Below, one piece after another: positions 1 to 12,508 of a stretch of 37,692 bases of DNA (within the stretch, counting starts at the first letter, position 1; the number at the start of each line of letters is the position of its first letter). This DNA is from Octopus bimaculoides (Eukaryota). The notes below the pieces were generated by a model, which searched no databases, was not told the origin of the DNA, and saw nothing but the letters and a program-made list of their open reading frames with translations. Where the stretch lies: contig NC_068981.1 in NCBI RefSeq assembly GCF_001194135.2, forward strand, positions 40,634,886 to 40,672,577, given 5' to 3'. The position numbers and the translations under genes were made by a program.

Positions 1-140
1 TATATATAGTTATGTTATATTCTGTTAAGTACAGTATAAAACTCGTCCACCTTCAGATTTCATCCAGTGCTATCTAGAAGTAGTATTATAAGTACTGCTA
101 GATTTGTGTTGGGGTTTCTGTAGTGTCTGAATAGATAACT

Positions 141-493
141 GAATAAAGTGGAGTCAACAAGGAGTACAGTTGGACATTTACTTGTAATCACTACATTGTT
201 TCCACATAATGTAGTTCTCCAGGCTTGCAGGTATTTGGTTATGTACACTTATTAGCTGCTACTACCTTGCAGGCCACAACAGACAGAGAGGATGCACTTG
301 AAGCCAAGAATTTGAGTTTATGGAGACAATATTTATATATCACCTGAGGAAACACAAATAGATCTCATAATGCAGGAAAATGGTTACAAAACCAAATACC
401 TGCAAGCCTGAAGAACTACTTTGCAGGGAAACAATTGCAGTGATTACAAATAAATGTCCAACTGTACTACTTCTTGCTGACTCCAACTTATTC
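141..493. repeat. Diverged inverted repeat (arms 141-240 and 390-493), probably Penelope-type terminal repeat segments
   Basis: Reverse complement of 141-240 (AACCAAATACCTGCAAGCCTGGAGAACTAC...AAATGTCCAACTGTACT...GACTCCAC) matches 390-493 with scattered differences; next to a Penelope RT fragment. Confidence 0.8.
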
Positions 494-521
494 AATTCGA
501 TATATATATATACACACACAC

Positions 522-592
<71 letters not shown>

Positions 593-642
593 NNNNNNNN
601 NNNNNNNNNNNNNNNATATATATATATATACGTGTATATATA

Positions 643-678
<36 letters not shown>

Positions 679-857
679 CGTATATAGGTGAGAGAGTTGG
701 TATGTGAAAGCACATGGTTGGATGTATAAAAGACAAAATAAAGTGAAAAAACTGCAGAAGACTTGTCTTATATGGTTAAAAAATATATTTAAATCATTAT
801 GTTAGGAAAATGTTATAAAATTTTGTGTAGTAATATTGTTTTTGGAGAAATGTAGGA

Positions 858-1320
858 CATGTCTGTTTGGTATTTTTAGGTTTATTTTTTTAATTTGTAT
901 ATTCAAGAATGGTAGCTCCTTTTGGTTGTATTCCATTGTGAACTGTATGTTTAGGTTGATGGTGTTCAATAGTCCTTTGAATTTCATGAGTTTGTCTGTG
1001 TTTTCATTCCAGAAGATGAAACAATCATCTAGGAATCTTTACCAATTTTTCTTTTATGTATTGGGAAAGAGGATTTCCAAAGGTAGATAAAGATACCTGG
1101 TATATTATTATTTCCAGATAGCCCATTGTTAAGTTCACAATGACCTGAGCTGCCCTAGTGCCCATGGCAATTCCGGATTTTTGTCAATAGAACATGTTGT
1201 CAAACATGACGTGGTTGTTTCGTAGGATGATTTCAACCGATTCAATTATGAATTTTTTGCTGATCCTTTCCGGTATTTCTTCCGGATATTGGTCCAGCCA
1301 GAACTGAATTACTTCTAGCC
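858..1320 (-). mobile_element. Penelope-like element, reverse transcriptase fragment (inactive)
   Basis: Minus-strand translation GLEVIQFWLD...GIAMGTRAAQ...RFLDDCFIFW...LNTINLNIQFTMEYNQKELPFL; two in-frame stops. Confidence 0.9.
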
Positions 1321-1409
1321 CAACACAGACAAACTCCTGAAATTCAAAAGACTATTGAACAGCATCAACCCAAACACACACACTCACACACATATACACA
1401 TATGTATAT

Positions 1410-1576
1410 TTATACAATGAGCTTATTTCAGTTTCTGTCTACCAGATCCACTCACAAGGCTTTGTTCAACCTGGGGTTATAGTAGAAGACACTTACCCAA
1501 GGTGCCACACAATAAGACTGAACCCAAGATTATGTGGTTGGAAAGCAAGCTTGTTATCACACAACCGCACCTGCAC
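1410..1576 (-). mobile_element. tRNA-derived SINE (same family as 31236-31383 and probably 23575-23712)
   Basis: Reverse complement aligns by eye to 31236-31383 (GTGGAT..GTAGACAGAAACT); tRNA-like head remnants. Confidence 0.75.
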
Positions 1577-1879
1577 ATATGATATCCAATGTGATACCAT
1601 AAATATAGATACTGACAAATAGGAGTGTATAAATAGGAGACTGAAAGACATCTGAAGACAAGGTCAGCTGATAAGGATGAAGAAACTTGAAAGATAAATG
1701 TAAATGTCCTACATGAATCATTTAACCTACTAGAAATATGTAGCAACCAAAGCTTCATTAAATTACACCTTGAAAATACATAGTAATGATGCCTGGAACA
1801 TGTTTGGTCATAAAATCAGAGCCAGCACTGTAGCTAAACAATGACAGTGACAACCACTACAAAATTAATGATTAACTGC

Positions 1880-2095
1880 TTTCAAATTTATCATTAAGAA
1901 AGGTTATAGTCTATTGGTATATTTTGGAATGGTTATTTTTCTTTTTACTTGCCAAATAAATACACACACTATATATTCATTCTTCACTTGTTTATCATTG
2001 TTCTTATTTTATCTTATGTCCATTGTCTGTAATCTTTCATCACACATCTGTGACCTCTTCAGCGACTCTTCCATCTGAGTGTATCCTCCTGCTCT
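1880..2095 (-). mobile_element. Penelope-type terminal repeat remnant with a degenerate hammerhead-like motif (2025-2066)
   Basis: Minus strand CTGAAGA-G-GTCACA(GATG)TGTGAT-GAAA-GATTA, followed by an AT-rich tail. Confidence 0.45.
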
Positions 2096-2215
2096 GATTA
2101 GTTCATAGAATGGACTAAAAAAAAATGACTGTTCCAAAATATAACGATATCTGTTTCAACACAAAAATTCATATCAGGAATCTTGCAAAACAAATTCATA
2201 AACATTATAGTCTAC

Positions 2216-2281
2216 CTTAGCTGGGTATTCTCCATGGAAATTTCCTCCACTTATTATTTCACCACGGTCAGCAAACACCAT
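2216..2281 (-). CDS. HAL: HAL exon M (66 nt): [22 protein letters not shown]
   Basis: GGNFHG motif; ctccaag acceptor, GTAGAC donor, phase 0-0. Confidence 0.95.
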
Positions 2282-3480
2282 CTTGGAGACTGTCAAGGAA
2301 CTGGATTTTTCAAAATAAAAGCATTTAGGAATTCACAAAAATAAATTGTAACAACTGATTGACATTTTTATTTTGTGGATATGTGAAATATGGATTTGGA
2401 ATTTCACAAACTATTTTCATCATCATCATCATTATTATCATCATCATCACATTATCATCATCTTCATCATTATCAATGTCTTCATCATCGTCGTCGTCAT
2501 CATCATCATTATCATCATCATCATCATCATTACCATTGTCATTGTTACCAGGGTTATTAGCCTTATCATCATCATCATCATCACAATGGTCATTTTTACA
2601 GTCTTCCATACAAAACTTTATAGGATGATATATGTAATGTAACACATTTGTGTTGAGTATATACAGAGATGTATATGCATATTTAGTATAGTGTATACAG
2701 TATTACATATTCATGCTTAAAACCTTATCTTTCACTGATGTATTTAGTGACATGGTTGACCATTAGTGAGCTGAATGGCTAAGCAGTATTTCAAATGCTT
2801 TGTAATGTACAGAGACAATTAATTCATAAGAAAGCAAGAAGAAAAGGAAACAGTATAGGATTTTAGGAGAGAAAAACAGTTAAAAAAAAAATTAAAAAAT
2901 ATAAAAAATTAGAAGCTTAGATAAAGATATAGGATTTTAAGAAAGAAAAATATTTTTAGACAGGACAAAGATATAGTTAAACCTTATGATAGTAAAATAA
3001 GATAGAAAGAAGAGATGTGTGAGAGACGAGATTTTAAGAAGTGTTCAGCAATATAGTTAAACTTTTATCATCTGTTAAAAGTACATAGTTGAGGTGTCAC
3101 ACCTCCACTCAAAAACCAAGACCATGCACATAACTTGTGAATGTTTCTTGCTGGTGATTACATCCTTGTCTTTCACACTGAGAGGATATACAGAGCCTAG
3201 TAGACGATTCTGACAGAGCAGACATAAATGTGAGTTTGTGTGTCAATGTAATTAAAATGTGTATTAATGTAATTAAAATTATTTGTTTTAAATTTCTGTA
3301 AAATATAAACAAAGGATACAGGGTTGTCTCCTGCACTGTTGAGCTCTGTGGCAAGGAGAGTTCGAACAAATGCATTTGTATCATTAACTACTCCATGAAC
3401 CTGTAAGATTTAAGGAAGTGTTTGTTAGTTGCTTGAAAATCAGAAAGATTATAATCATTATTACTGTATCATCATATCAG

Positions 3481-3519
<39 letters not shown>

Positions 3520-6500
3520 TAACCACATCAACAAGATCATCTTCATCACAGTCATCATCAACATCAACTTTATCTTCATTCCCAATATCACTAAATTTAC
3601 TGAAATGTTGAAATCATTTTTAAAAAGTTATTATTTCTATGTTAAATATGTGAATGCATATGGCTTAGTGGTTCAGGTGTTGCACCTATGATTGCTAGAT
3701 CATGGGTTTGATTCTCAGGCTGGGTAGTGTGTCATGTTCTGGAACAAAACACTTCATTTCACATTGCTCTGTAGGTGGGAGAATGGTAGAATCATTGGCA
3801 CATTGGCAGAAATGTCTTATGGTATATTTTCTGGCTCTCTACATTCTGAGTTCAAATCCTAGCAGCATGAAGAAAGTAATGGGGAACCACTCCAGTATCC
3901 ATCCCAAGTCTAGTCATGGTAGCTGAAGTTCCAACAGTCTACTTAACAGTGGCAGGGAGGGTGTGGGCTCTCACAGTTCATATAGTGAGTGTTGGAGTAG
4001 ATTTACATGTACAGGACCTGTCCAAAGGCAGACCACCTCAAGACTAGACTAGATAAATTAAACAGGTTGAAGCCATCTGTTTGTTTTAATCAACTATCAT
4101 CTCATCTCAATACCTTTTATAAGTCTCTGAACTCATCTCATCACCCCTTTCCTGATCTGCTTTGATCTATACTTTTACACAAGCTGCCTTTGACCATCAG
4201 CATTTTTACACACCATTCATTCCTTTTCCTATACCTCTTCTACACATACCATTCAATATTTCATCCAGCCATTTTCTTAACTCATCTATACCATCTCTTT
4301 CATGCAAATTATTTTCCAGGTCTTCAATTAATATCGGTTAGACCACTGTTTAAAATATGTTGTTTTTCCTATTATATTTTATTGAACTGGCAAGAGGATA
4401 TTTATAAGTCTTTCCCTAAAACTATTAATGTACACTCGTAATATGTGTGATATACACTTATTCATTTGCATCAGTATCATAACAGGATCTACTTACTTGT
4501 GGAATGCAACGTAGAGTGTAGGCATCTTGAACCTTGTTATTGGCAAGTTCACTTTCTAAAATTAAAGAAGGCCGTACAACAAATTAATCCTCTGACATAA
4601 TATAAATACAATAGATATATAAGTATTAAGCTGGCTTTGCTTATATGAGTCATTTATGTATTGTATTGTACAGTATTTTATCATGAGATATTTATTTGTT
4701 GATCTATTTTTTTAACCCTAAAGTATATATTGTTAATTAGCATTACCCTAGAATTAAATTAACCTTTATAATGAGACAAAGATATGGTTGCTCAACCATT
4801 AATAATAGAAGCCAAAATATCCTTCAAATCGCACCCTTCTATCCAATAAAAAAAGGAAAGATACATTGGTTATGTGTGTTTTTTTTTATTGCTAATGTAA
4901 ATGATAGCACCCACCATCTTCATAGGGTCTCAGAGAATGGAGAGATTGATTTTGTCATTGTTCCTCTTGACCTATTGCAAATTACTAACTGTAGGAAAGA
5001 CACAAGCACGGAAGGAGTTTCCAGAGCACTGATATTCTGTGAAGAACTGGGTATAATGGTTACCATTTGGCTTAGAGATTTCTTTACAACAAGGGAAATG
5101 AGAGGCAAGTAAATGAGCATGCTGGAAGTAGAGGTGACATGAGCCCAGCCAGCTCTGAATAGCTGAGACCGTTATAATAGCAGTAGAAAATACAGAGAGA
5201 GAGAGAGAAAGAAGAGACAGTACCCCTCAGAAGCTGAAATGTCTGTGAGTCAAGAAATACTTTCCTGCTCACATTCTAGATGGCTATGTGTGCAGAAGAA
5301 GCACCATACCAGATGTGGATGCAACACTTCATTGAAGGCCTCAGCAAGAATTTTGTCAAGTTTCAATAAGCGCTGAGGCCTGAAATGCTTTCTGGTCCTG
5401 AAGATGAAGAGAAGGACCAGTTGTTGAATGCAGTGTTAGTTATGTGCCTACAAGAAAGATGAGAATGTTGAGGTACAGTGACAAATAGAACTTCTTAAAC
5501 ACACAGCCATGCTTGTACTTTTGTTCACAATAGTTAATGGTTAATGACCAAACCAGCTAAATAAATAAAAGAAACTGAATAAAATAGATATTCCCACATT
5601 GCTACCAACCTGTAATCTGTGATGGGTATAGATCAGAATGTAGAATGGAACGAAGTCTTGAAGCAACTTTTATTTGACCCAGATGTGGTCGAGCTTTATG
5701 AATATCTGCAAAGAGAAAAATTGGAAATTGTTTGTTATAAACATAATAATTATTATCATCACACAGGAGGTTTTAAGCTTTAGTTGAAGCCAATCTCATT
5801 TATATCGTTAGTGCTCTTGGGAAAAGAATGACTGACATAACCTTCTAGAGATTTGGGATTTTGGTGTTCATGCAAGATGCTAGCTCAACATCATCAATTC
5901 TGGCTCCACTGTATTCTTCTTTGCCATCATCACCATTCCTTTTATCAGGCATATTCTGTATTTCCAGCATCAGTTTGTACAGTAATGTCTTCCTTGATAC
6001 TTCCAGTGCAAAGTCCCTCTTGGTAATGAGGATTGCTAATACCTTTAGAATTCTACAAAGACCCTTTATTTTTATTTGCTGTTCATTAATGTTTACCATT
6101 TATTCACCGCCTCTGCCTCTTGTGTATACAGTGAATAGAGACTTGCCCTACTTTTAATGAAAGATAATCTTGGAATGATAAAATTCTCTGATACACCAAC
6201 ATATGCAACCTGCAAGAAATAGCAGCCAAATTTCCTCAAATCACACCTTACTATCTGGTTCAAAGTCTTTTAAACTGCTCAACCAGAACTGATTTGGAGC
6301 AAAACAACAATAGTATCAAACGAAAAACCATCAATAGATCTTCACATACAGAAATCAAACATTTCAAATCAACTCACAGTCCAGATATATTTATATTTTT
6401 ACCTTCATCATATGCTTTTGTTGTTCCTTTCAACGCTTCAAAGCTAACAGCAGCTACAATGTCAGCTTGGCGAGTTATTGCTTCCGCTCTTTCCAGAGCT

Positions 6501-7440
6501 GGAAAGAAAATAAGATTCATTATATGCAAAAATATGTACATGTGTATATACCAATGCATACATGTAATTGTGTATGTTATAAAATATTATGATTCTATAT
6601 CCAACTATAAGAAAGTTATAATCTTAATACACACAAATAATGCATACACACACACACACGTATGCACACACGCATGCATGCACACACAATGATATACACA
6701 TAAAAATCAAAAATCAACTAAGATACATCATATGTAAAACTATGACAAGAAATGTACCAGGTAAAATTTTAAGCATCAATCTGGACATTGCCAACATTAT
6801 CAGGGGCTAGTGATGCACTTAAGTTTTACATTTGAATATATAGGAGAATTAGGTGTAGCTTAAACAGGCAAATAAAAAACAAAGATCATATAAATATACA
6901 ATCTAAATTCACATATCTAGATTAGTTTATAGCTTAACAATGACACTGAATAATCTATGAAATTGATAAATGTAGTGGCGCCAGAATTAGTAAAGTCATC
7001 AAAACCTTAGCATATTTATACTCAGTTATAGGAGACATGTCAAGGAGTTCACCGACTACAAACATCAAACATGAAACGGTCATCAACCTAAACTCCTACC
7101 TATTTGTACATACACTCGATTGATACACACACACACACACACACATATATATAAGTTCAAAAAAACAATAACAAAAAAACAATAACAAAAAAACAACAAA
7201 GTGAGGACGTGATATGGATAGTATTATTGGACGCTCAGGAAAGGAAAGAGAGAGTGTATGACGTTTCGGGCGTAGCCCTTCGTCGGAAAGATGGAAAGTT
7301 CGGAGAATGGAAGAACGGAGAAAGAGGAAAATGGTACCNNNNNNNNNNNNNNNNNNNNNNNNNNNNNNNNNNNNNNNNNNNNNNNNNNNNNNNNNNNNNN
7401 NNNNNNNNNNNNNNNNNNNNNNNNNNNNNNNNNNNNNNNN

Positions 7441-7509
<69 letters not shown>

Positions 7510-9737
7510 GATGTACACATATCACAGTACATATAAACATATAAACTGTTATAAATATCCGCATTTCTATTCTTCCATGTAAACATGTCCAGCTATGGCC
7601 AAATATTACTTGCTGGGAAACAAGTTAAGGTTGGTATCAAGGAAGGGCATCCAGTCATAGAAACCCTTGCTACAATGGATTCCATTCAACCCATTCAAGC
7701 AAGAAAAGTAGACATCAAAATGAAGTTTTTTAGAATAGAAGAGTCATCTCAAATTATAACAAGAGCACTCATAGAGAGCGCAAGCGTCCGTCAAGGCAAC
7801 ACCAACGTCCTCTCAACGATTAGCCGGAGATGATTTTTTAAAAATGAGAATAATTGAAATAAATTCGACTGCTCTCGCAAACGAGAATACTAAAAATGAA
7901 CCCGACCGCTCTCAAACGGAAAAATTATCCAAATACATATATTGAGTGAGAAGTGAAGAGAGAAGAGATGAAATACTAATACAGTGAAGGAGAAGTAGTG
8001 AGAATAATAGCCATGACTGAGAGGGAGTGAGAGAAAGTAATGACAATGAGAAAGACGAAACGAAGTGGCAAAGAGAGCGTCGTATGAATGAGAAAGGAAG
8101 GGGTGATAGATGAATAACGAAGAAAGGAGCGAAAAAGCCGATAAACGGCGCTTGAAGTGTATGTGTGTGTAAAAGAGAGGTTTGTTTGCGTGCGTGTGTG
8201 TGTGTGTGTGTGCGTGTACAAGAGAACTGTGAAACTTGACATATACATGTAAAGTAAAAAAAATCGTAAAAAACTATCCAGAATCCTTGTCCGGTACCGG
8301 ATCGATCTCAAAATCTAATGAGACCGTGCCAGTCAAAAGGCCAAACAGCCTTGAAAGTTACATCCGAATTCATCCAGTGGTTCTTGAGATATCTTGTCCA
8401 CGAACAAACAAACACGACTGAAAACAATACCACCGCCTTCGCTAAGGCGGAGGTAATAACGATTTAATTATATAAAACTAAAACACTTATTTTTATAGAC
8501 TTATTCTATTGCCAAGCACTTGTAGCATGTATGTGAAAGCTGTCAAAGCCAAGTATGACAGTACTTAAAGTTCGGTTGGGATCAAATGGGTGTCTAACTG
8601 AATATCTACCAAAATTCATAACTCAACTGATAGCTTGTTTATCTTAATCTTTATGGCATTGACACAGGACATCAAGAACGGACGTCAATGTTATACTGTA
8701 AGGGGAAAGCACTGCGTTTTGCATGAATCAGCGCAGTAAAGGTTAAACGGTTAGACGAAAGGTTAGACGGTTAGACGAAAGGTTAGAGGTTAGATGAAAT
8801 AAGAGGAGTTCTGAGAGTTAAGAGAGTCGTCCCAATGGGACGACTCTCTCAACTCTCAGAACCATTAGAACTCTCAAAATATATTTTTGTCCCAAAGATA
8901 ATTTATTGTAGTCTCCAGTGTTTTCTTTTATATTTTTAATGCTATCAAATGATTTGATGTCTTACCTTCAGACCCAAGAGCAGTGATGAACTGAGCACCA
9001 TTGATCAATGCAAGTCCCTGAAATAAATTTACCACAAGAACATGAATCTTTGTTCCTATTTACATACATAAATATATAGACATGCAGAAACGCCTTAACT
9101 TAACAAACCAATCGGTTCCAAATATCCAATCATGAAGAGAAATATCATTGACAGAGAGGATAACTCAATTAGAGTTTTCTTGTGTTCTCTTGGATGAGAT
9201 TTTATTTTAGAATGACTTAAAATTCATGGAAGAAGGAACACTAAAACAATTTAGACGTGTCTAATGATTAAATACCCTAAAGACTTGTCATTAATGATTT
9301 TTCTTTCTTTCTTTTCTTTTTTTTCTTGGTAGTATGCGCTTTCAAAATAGGCACGTTTTGTCTACTTTGACAATGTAGGTGCTTGTGTGACAAAGTTTAC
9401 TCAATTCGGTGTTATCAAATGTTATCCCTCTGCTTTGAAACCTCAACTTGTCAATCCCCTTGAATTTTGGGGGAAATATGATAGATTTCTTTATTTGGGA
9501 TATATGATAATAGTAATATAGATGACTATGATTTAGATATCGTTATGCACACTTGGAAGCCGCCACTCTTCGATAATAATTCTGCCTAAGTTGAAAAAAA
9601 GTCAAACCCCTCAAGTTCTTTCTATGCTAGTATGTGGTCTTTGAAGGCGTAGAGATAAATGAACTTAATGGTTAATACATACATACATAATACATACATA
9701 CATGTGCATATACACACAGATAGATAGATAGACAAAC

Positions 9738-9807
<70 letters not shown>

Positions 9808-12340
9808 NNNNNNNNNNNNNNNNNNNNNNNNNNNNNNNNNNNNNNNNNNNNNNNNNNNNNNNNNNNNNNNNNNNNNNNNNNNNNNNNNNNNNNNNNNNNN
9901 NNNNNNNNNNNNNNNNNNNNNNNNNNNNNNNNNNNNNNNNNNNNNNNNNNNNNNNNNNNNNNNNNNNNNNNNNNNNNNNNNNNNNNNNNNNNNNNNNNNN
10001 NNATATATATATATATATATATATAGGTATGTATATATGTATGTATGTATGCATGTATGCATGTATGTATGTATACGCGCGCACACACACATGCAAATAT
10101 CATATATATGATACATTTTGAAAAGAAGCCTTTTAAAAACTTTAACAACTACAAAATTTTCGACCGTAAAATAATTATCACTAATAATCTAAGTATCTAA
10201 GTAGCAAACATTTTTAACCTCTGCCCTCAACTTACCTACACATAAATACGTAACATGTAGTAAACGTAACAAAAAACATGTATATTAATATAAAACTCTA
10301 CACCAGCCAAAGTTTTAAAAAATACTTTTTTAATAACATCCGTAGAAGTATCTCTATCTTGCTATCGAATGTATAAAAATCTTCGACAATACAGTCCCCT
10401 ACAACAATAAACCACAAAAATCTAGAAGATTTAAAGATAAGGTCAAATATCTTTAACACTTATCGCCCCTTGTAAGAACACAAATCAATGCTTCTACATG
10501 TGATACATGTCAAATGAACTTTCACATACTGAACTGTTTGTAAAGATGTAGTATGATATTGCTTTTCAAAAGCACACATTGTCTGTTATGTGAATAGATG
10601 ATATATGAAATTAAGTTAGTTTGACTTTACCTCTTTTGGACCAAGTTTAATTGGTTGCAGATTGTAAGTTTTTAACACCTGAAAAATAATTTCATAGCTC
10701 ATTAGTACGAGTCACAAATAATTTAACCATTTGATAAACATTCCAAAATTTGAAAATAGAATTAACAGAACAAAAGTCGATGAGTACTTACATCTTTTGC
10801 CTCAGCCCATCCAGTTTTTGGACTCCACATTTTACCTTCACCCATCATTCCTAATGCAAGGTGAGCTAAGGGCGCCAAATCTCCACTTGCCCCAACAGTT
10901 CCTTTTTCTGGAACCCATGGCAAAAGGGAATCTAATAAACAAAAACATGAATTAAATAACTAGAAATATAAATTACAATCTCTGGCGCATTGTATTTTTC
11001 CACTTCTGTTCCTTCAACTGCTCCTGCGATGATTCTTGTTCTTTTAAAGTAACCAGCTACGTATGACTCCAGTTAGAGTTTAAGCAAAGTTTTCTGCTTC
11101 TCTACCTTACCTTTTCCAGTAAATCTTGACCTTCACACAATATTTCCTTGTAAACAATGCAACTGGAAACTCCCTCCCTACCAATATCTCCTCTGGCAAC
11201 AATGTCAAAAATTCAAGCAAAGAGAACCAACAAACGCTGATAATACTGACCTATTTCCTCAGAATAAACTGTAATTTCTAACTTTGTCATAGAGACACAG
11301 ATTTAAGAAATCGGTCGTTAATCACGGGGATGAGTGAAAAGCGGCGAACATTGGTAGGATTTGAATACAATAATATATGGGATATTTATTAAAAGTCATT
11401 TAGTTCATTACCATACTGTATTTTCCCGTTTTTACTTTCTGAGACAAACGAATTTTTCAAAAGTTATTCAACAACAATGCCATATATGAGTAGACGATTT
11501 TAATAGTGTTGTCGAGGGCGTTTTTGTATTTGAGTAATCAATACAAGAGATAGCTTTCTGCAAAAGCCAAATATGATTATCTAAATTTGGACTCAATAAA
11601 CAAAACAGACCTGCTCAGCTTAGAAATCAAAGAGGATCATGTTACTTCTAAAAGCCTGAGATTTCCTCAAAGTAAATTTATCTTCTAGATATTTTATTTA
11701 CAAATATGAATCAAGAATATGCATGTATGTATGTATGTATGTATGTATGTATGTATATGTTAGGTAATTCTTCTGGCTACCGGTAACATGTAATCCAGTA
11801 CAACCAGTTGCAGGGTCAGACTAAGTATTGTTGGTAAGGAGGAGAGTTTTTGTTTGGACACCCAGCAGGACGGAAATGAAATACTGTCAAAGGGTAAATG
11901 AACTCAGTAGAGTCAACATACATTCAACAGCCCTGGTCTTTGCTAACACATTTCTCTGGAAGGAAATTCCAAAATAACACCCTCCTCATTGCGTCCGGAG
12001 ATCTTGCTCTTAATTGTTTCTGGACTACTTGGTTATGTAGGGCAGAGTCTTTAGCGGCGTTGGGCAAGGTGTTATTGATTTTAAAGTTCAACACAAGTGT
12101 TGTTGAGAGCCATTGTCTTTAACATCTAGATAATTTGTCAATTCGTCTCCGAGATGACAGCCACCTTGTATGTATATATGTATGCATGTATGTATGTATG
12201 TATGTATGTAACTAATGTAATGTAATATAATAGCTAAAGAATTCGTTTCGCAGCCATGAAGTCCCAAGTTCAATACGTATGTACGTATATCGTCAATGTA
12301 TAGCTATCTATGTGTATGAATATATATATATGCATATGTA

Positions 12341-12406
<66 letters not shown>

Positions 12407-12444
12407 CGTGTGTGTGTATATATATATTTATATATATATGGATG

Positions 12445-12508
<64 letters not shown>

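Noticed and set aside
340-736. Overlapping ORFs rich in CV/HT/YI repeats (and similar ORFs at 7096-7586, 9622-10148, 12270-12585, 14627-15165, 22230-23374, 28982-30215, 37464-37679)
   Set aside because: They are translations of microsatellites and N-gaps, not genes.
1650-1700. Other CTGANGA hits (1653, 5398, 20458, 25413, 27140, 30126, 33504, 35006)
   Set aside because: No helix II or correctly placed GAAA; several lie inside LINE or mariner coding remnants.
2325-2645. Poly-Asp, poly-His and poly-Ser ORFs
   Set aside because: All frames read through one (CAT)n array inside a HAL intron.
5363-5447. Terminal-exon-like segment (tttcttgtag acceptor; [10 protein letters not shown]...SAY-stop) with a downstream AATAAA near 4890
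   Set aside because: No HAL homology, and the true exon chain continues at 4555. The plus strand here faintly resembles an old RTE LINE end, too weakly to call.
4771-6157. ORFs 4771..5112, 5845..6099 and 5861..6157 as a nested gene
   Set aside because: No recognisable domain and no consistent splice chain.
11760-12165. Possible LINE remnant (ORF 11898..12122)
   Set aside because: No diagnostic motif recognised.
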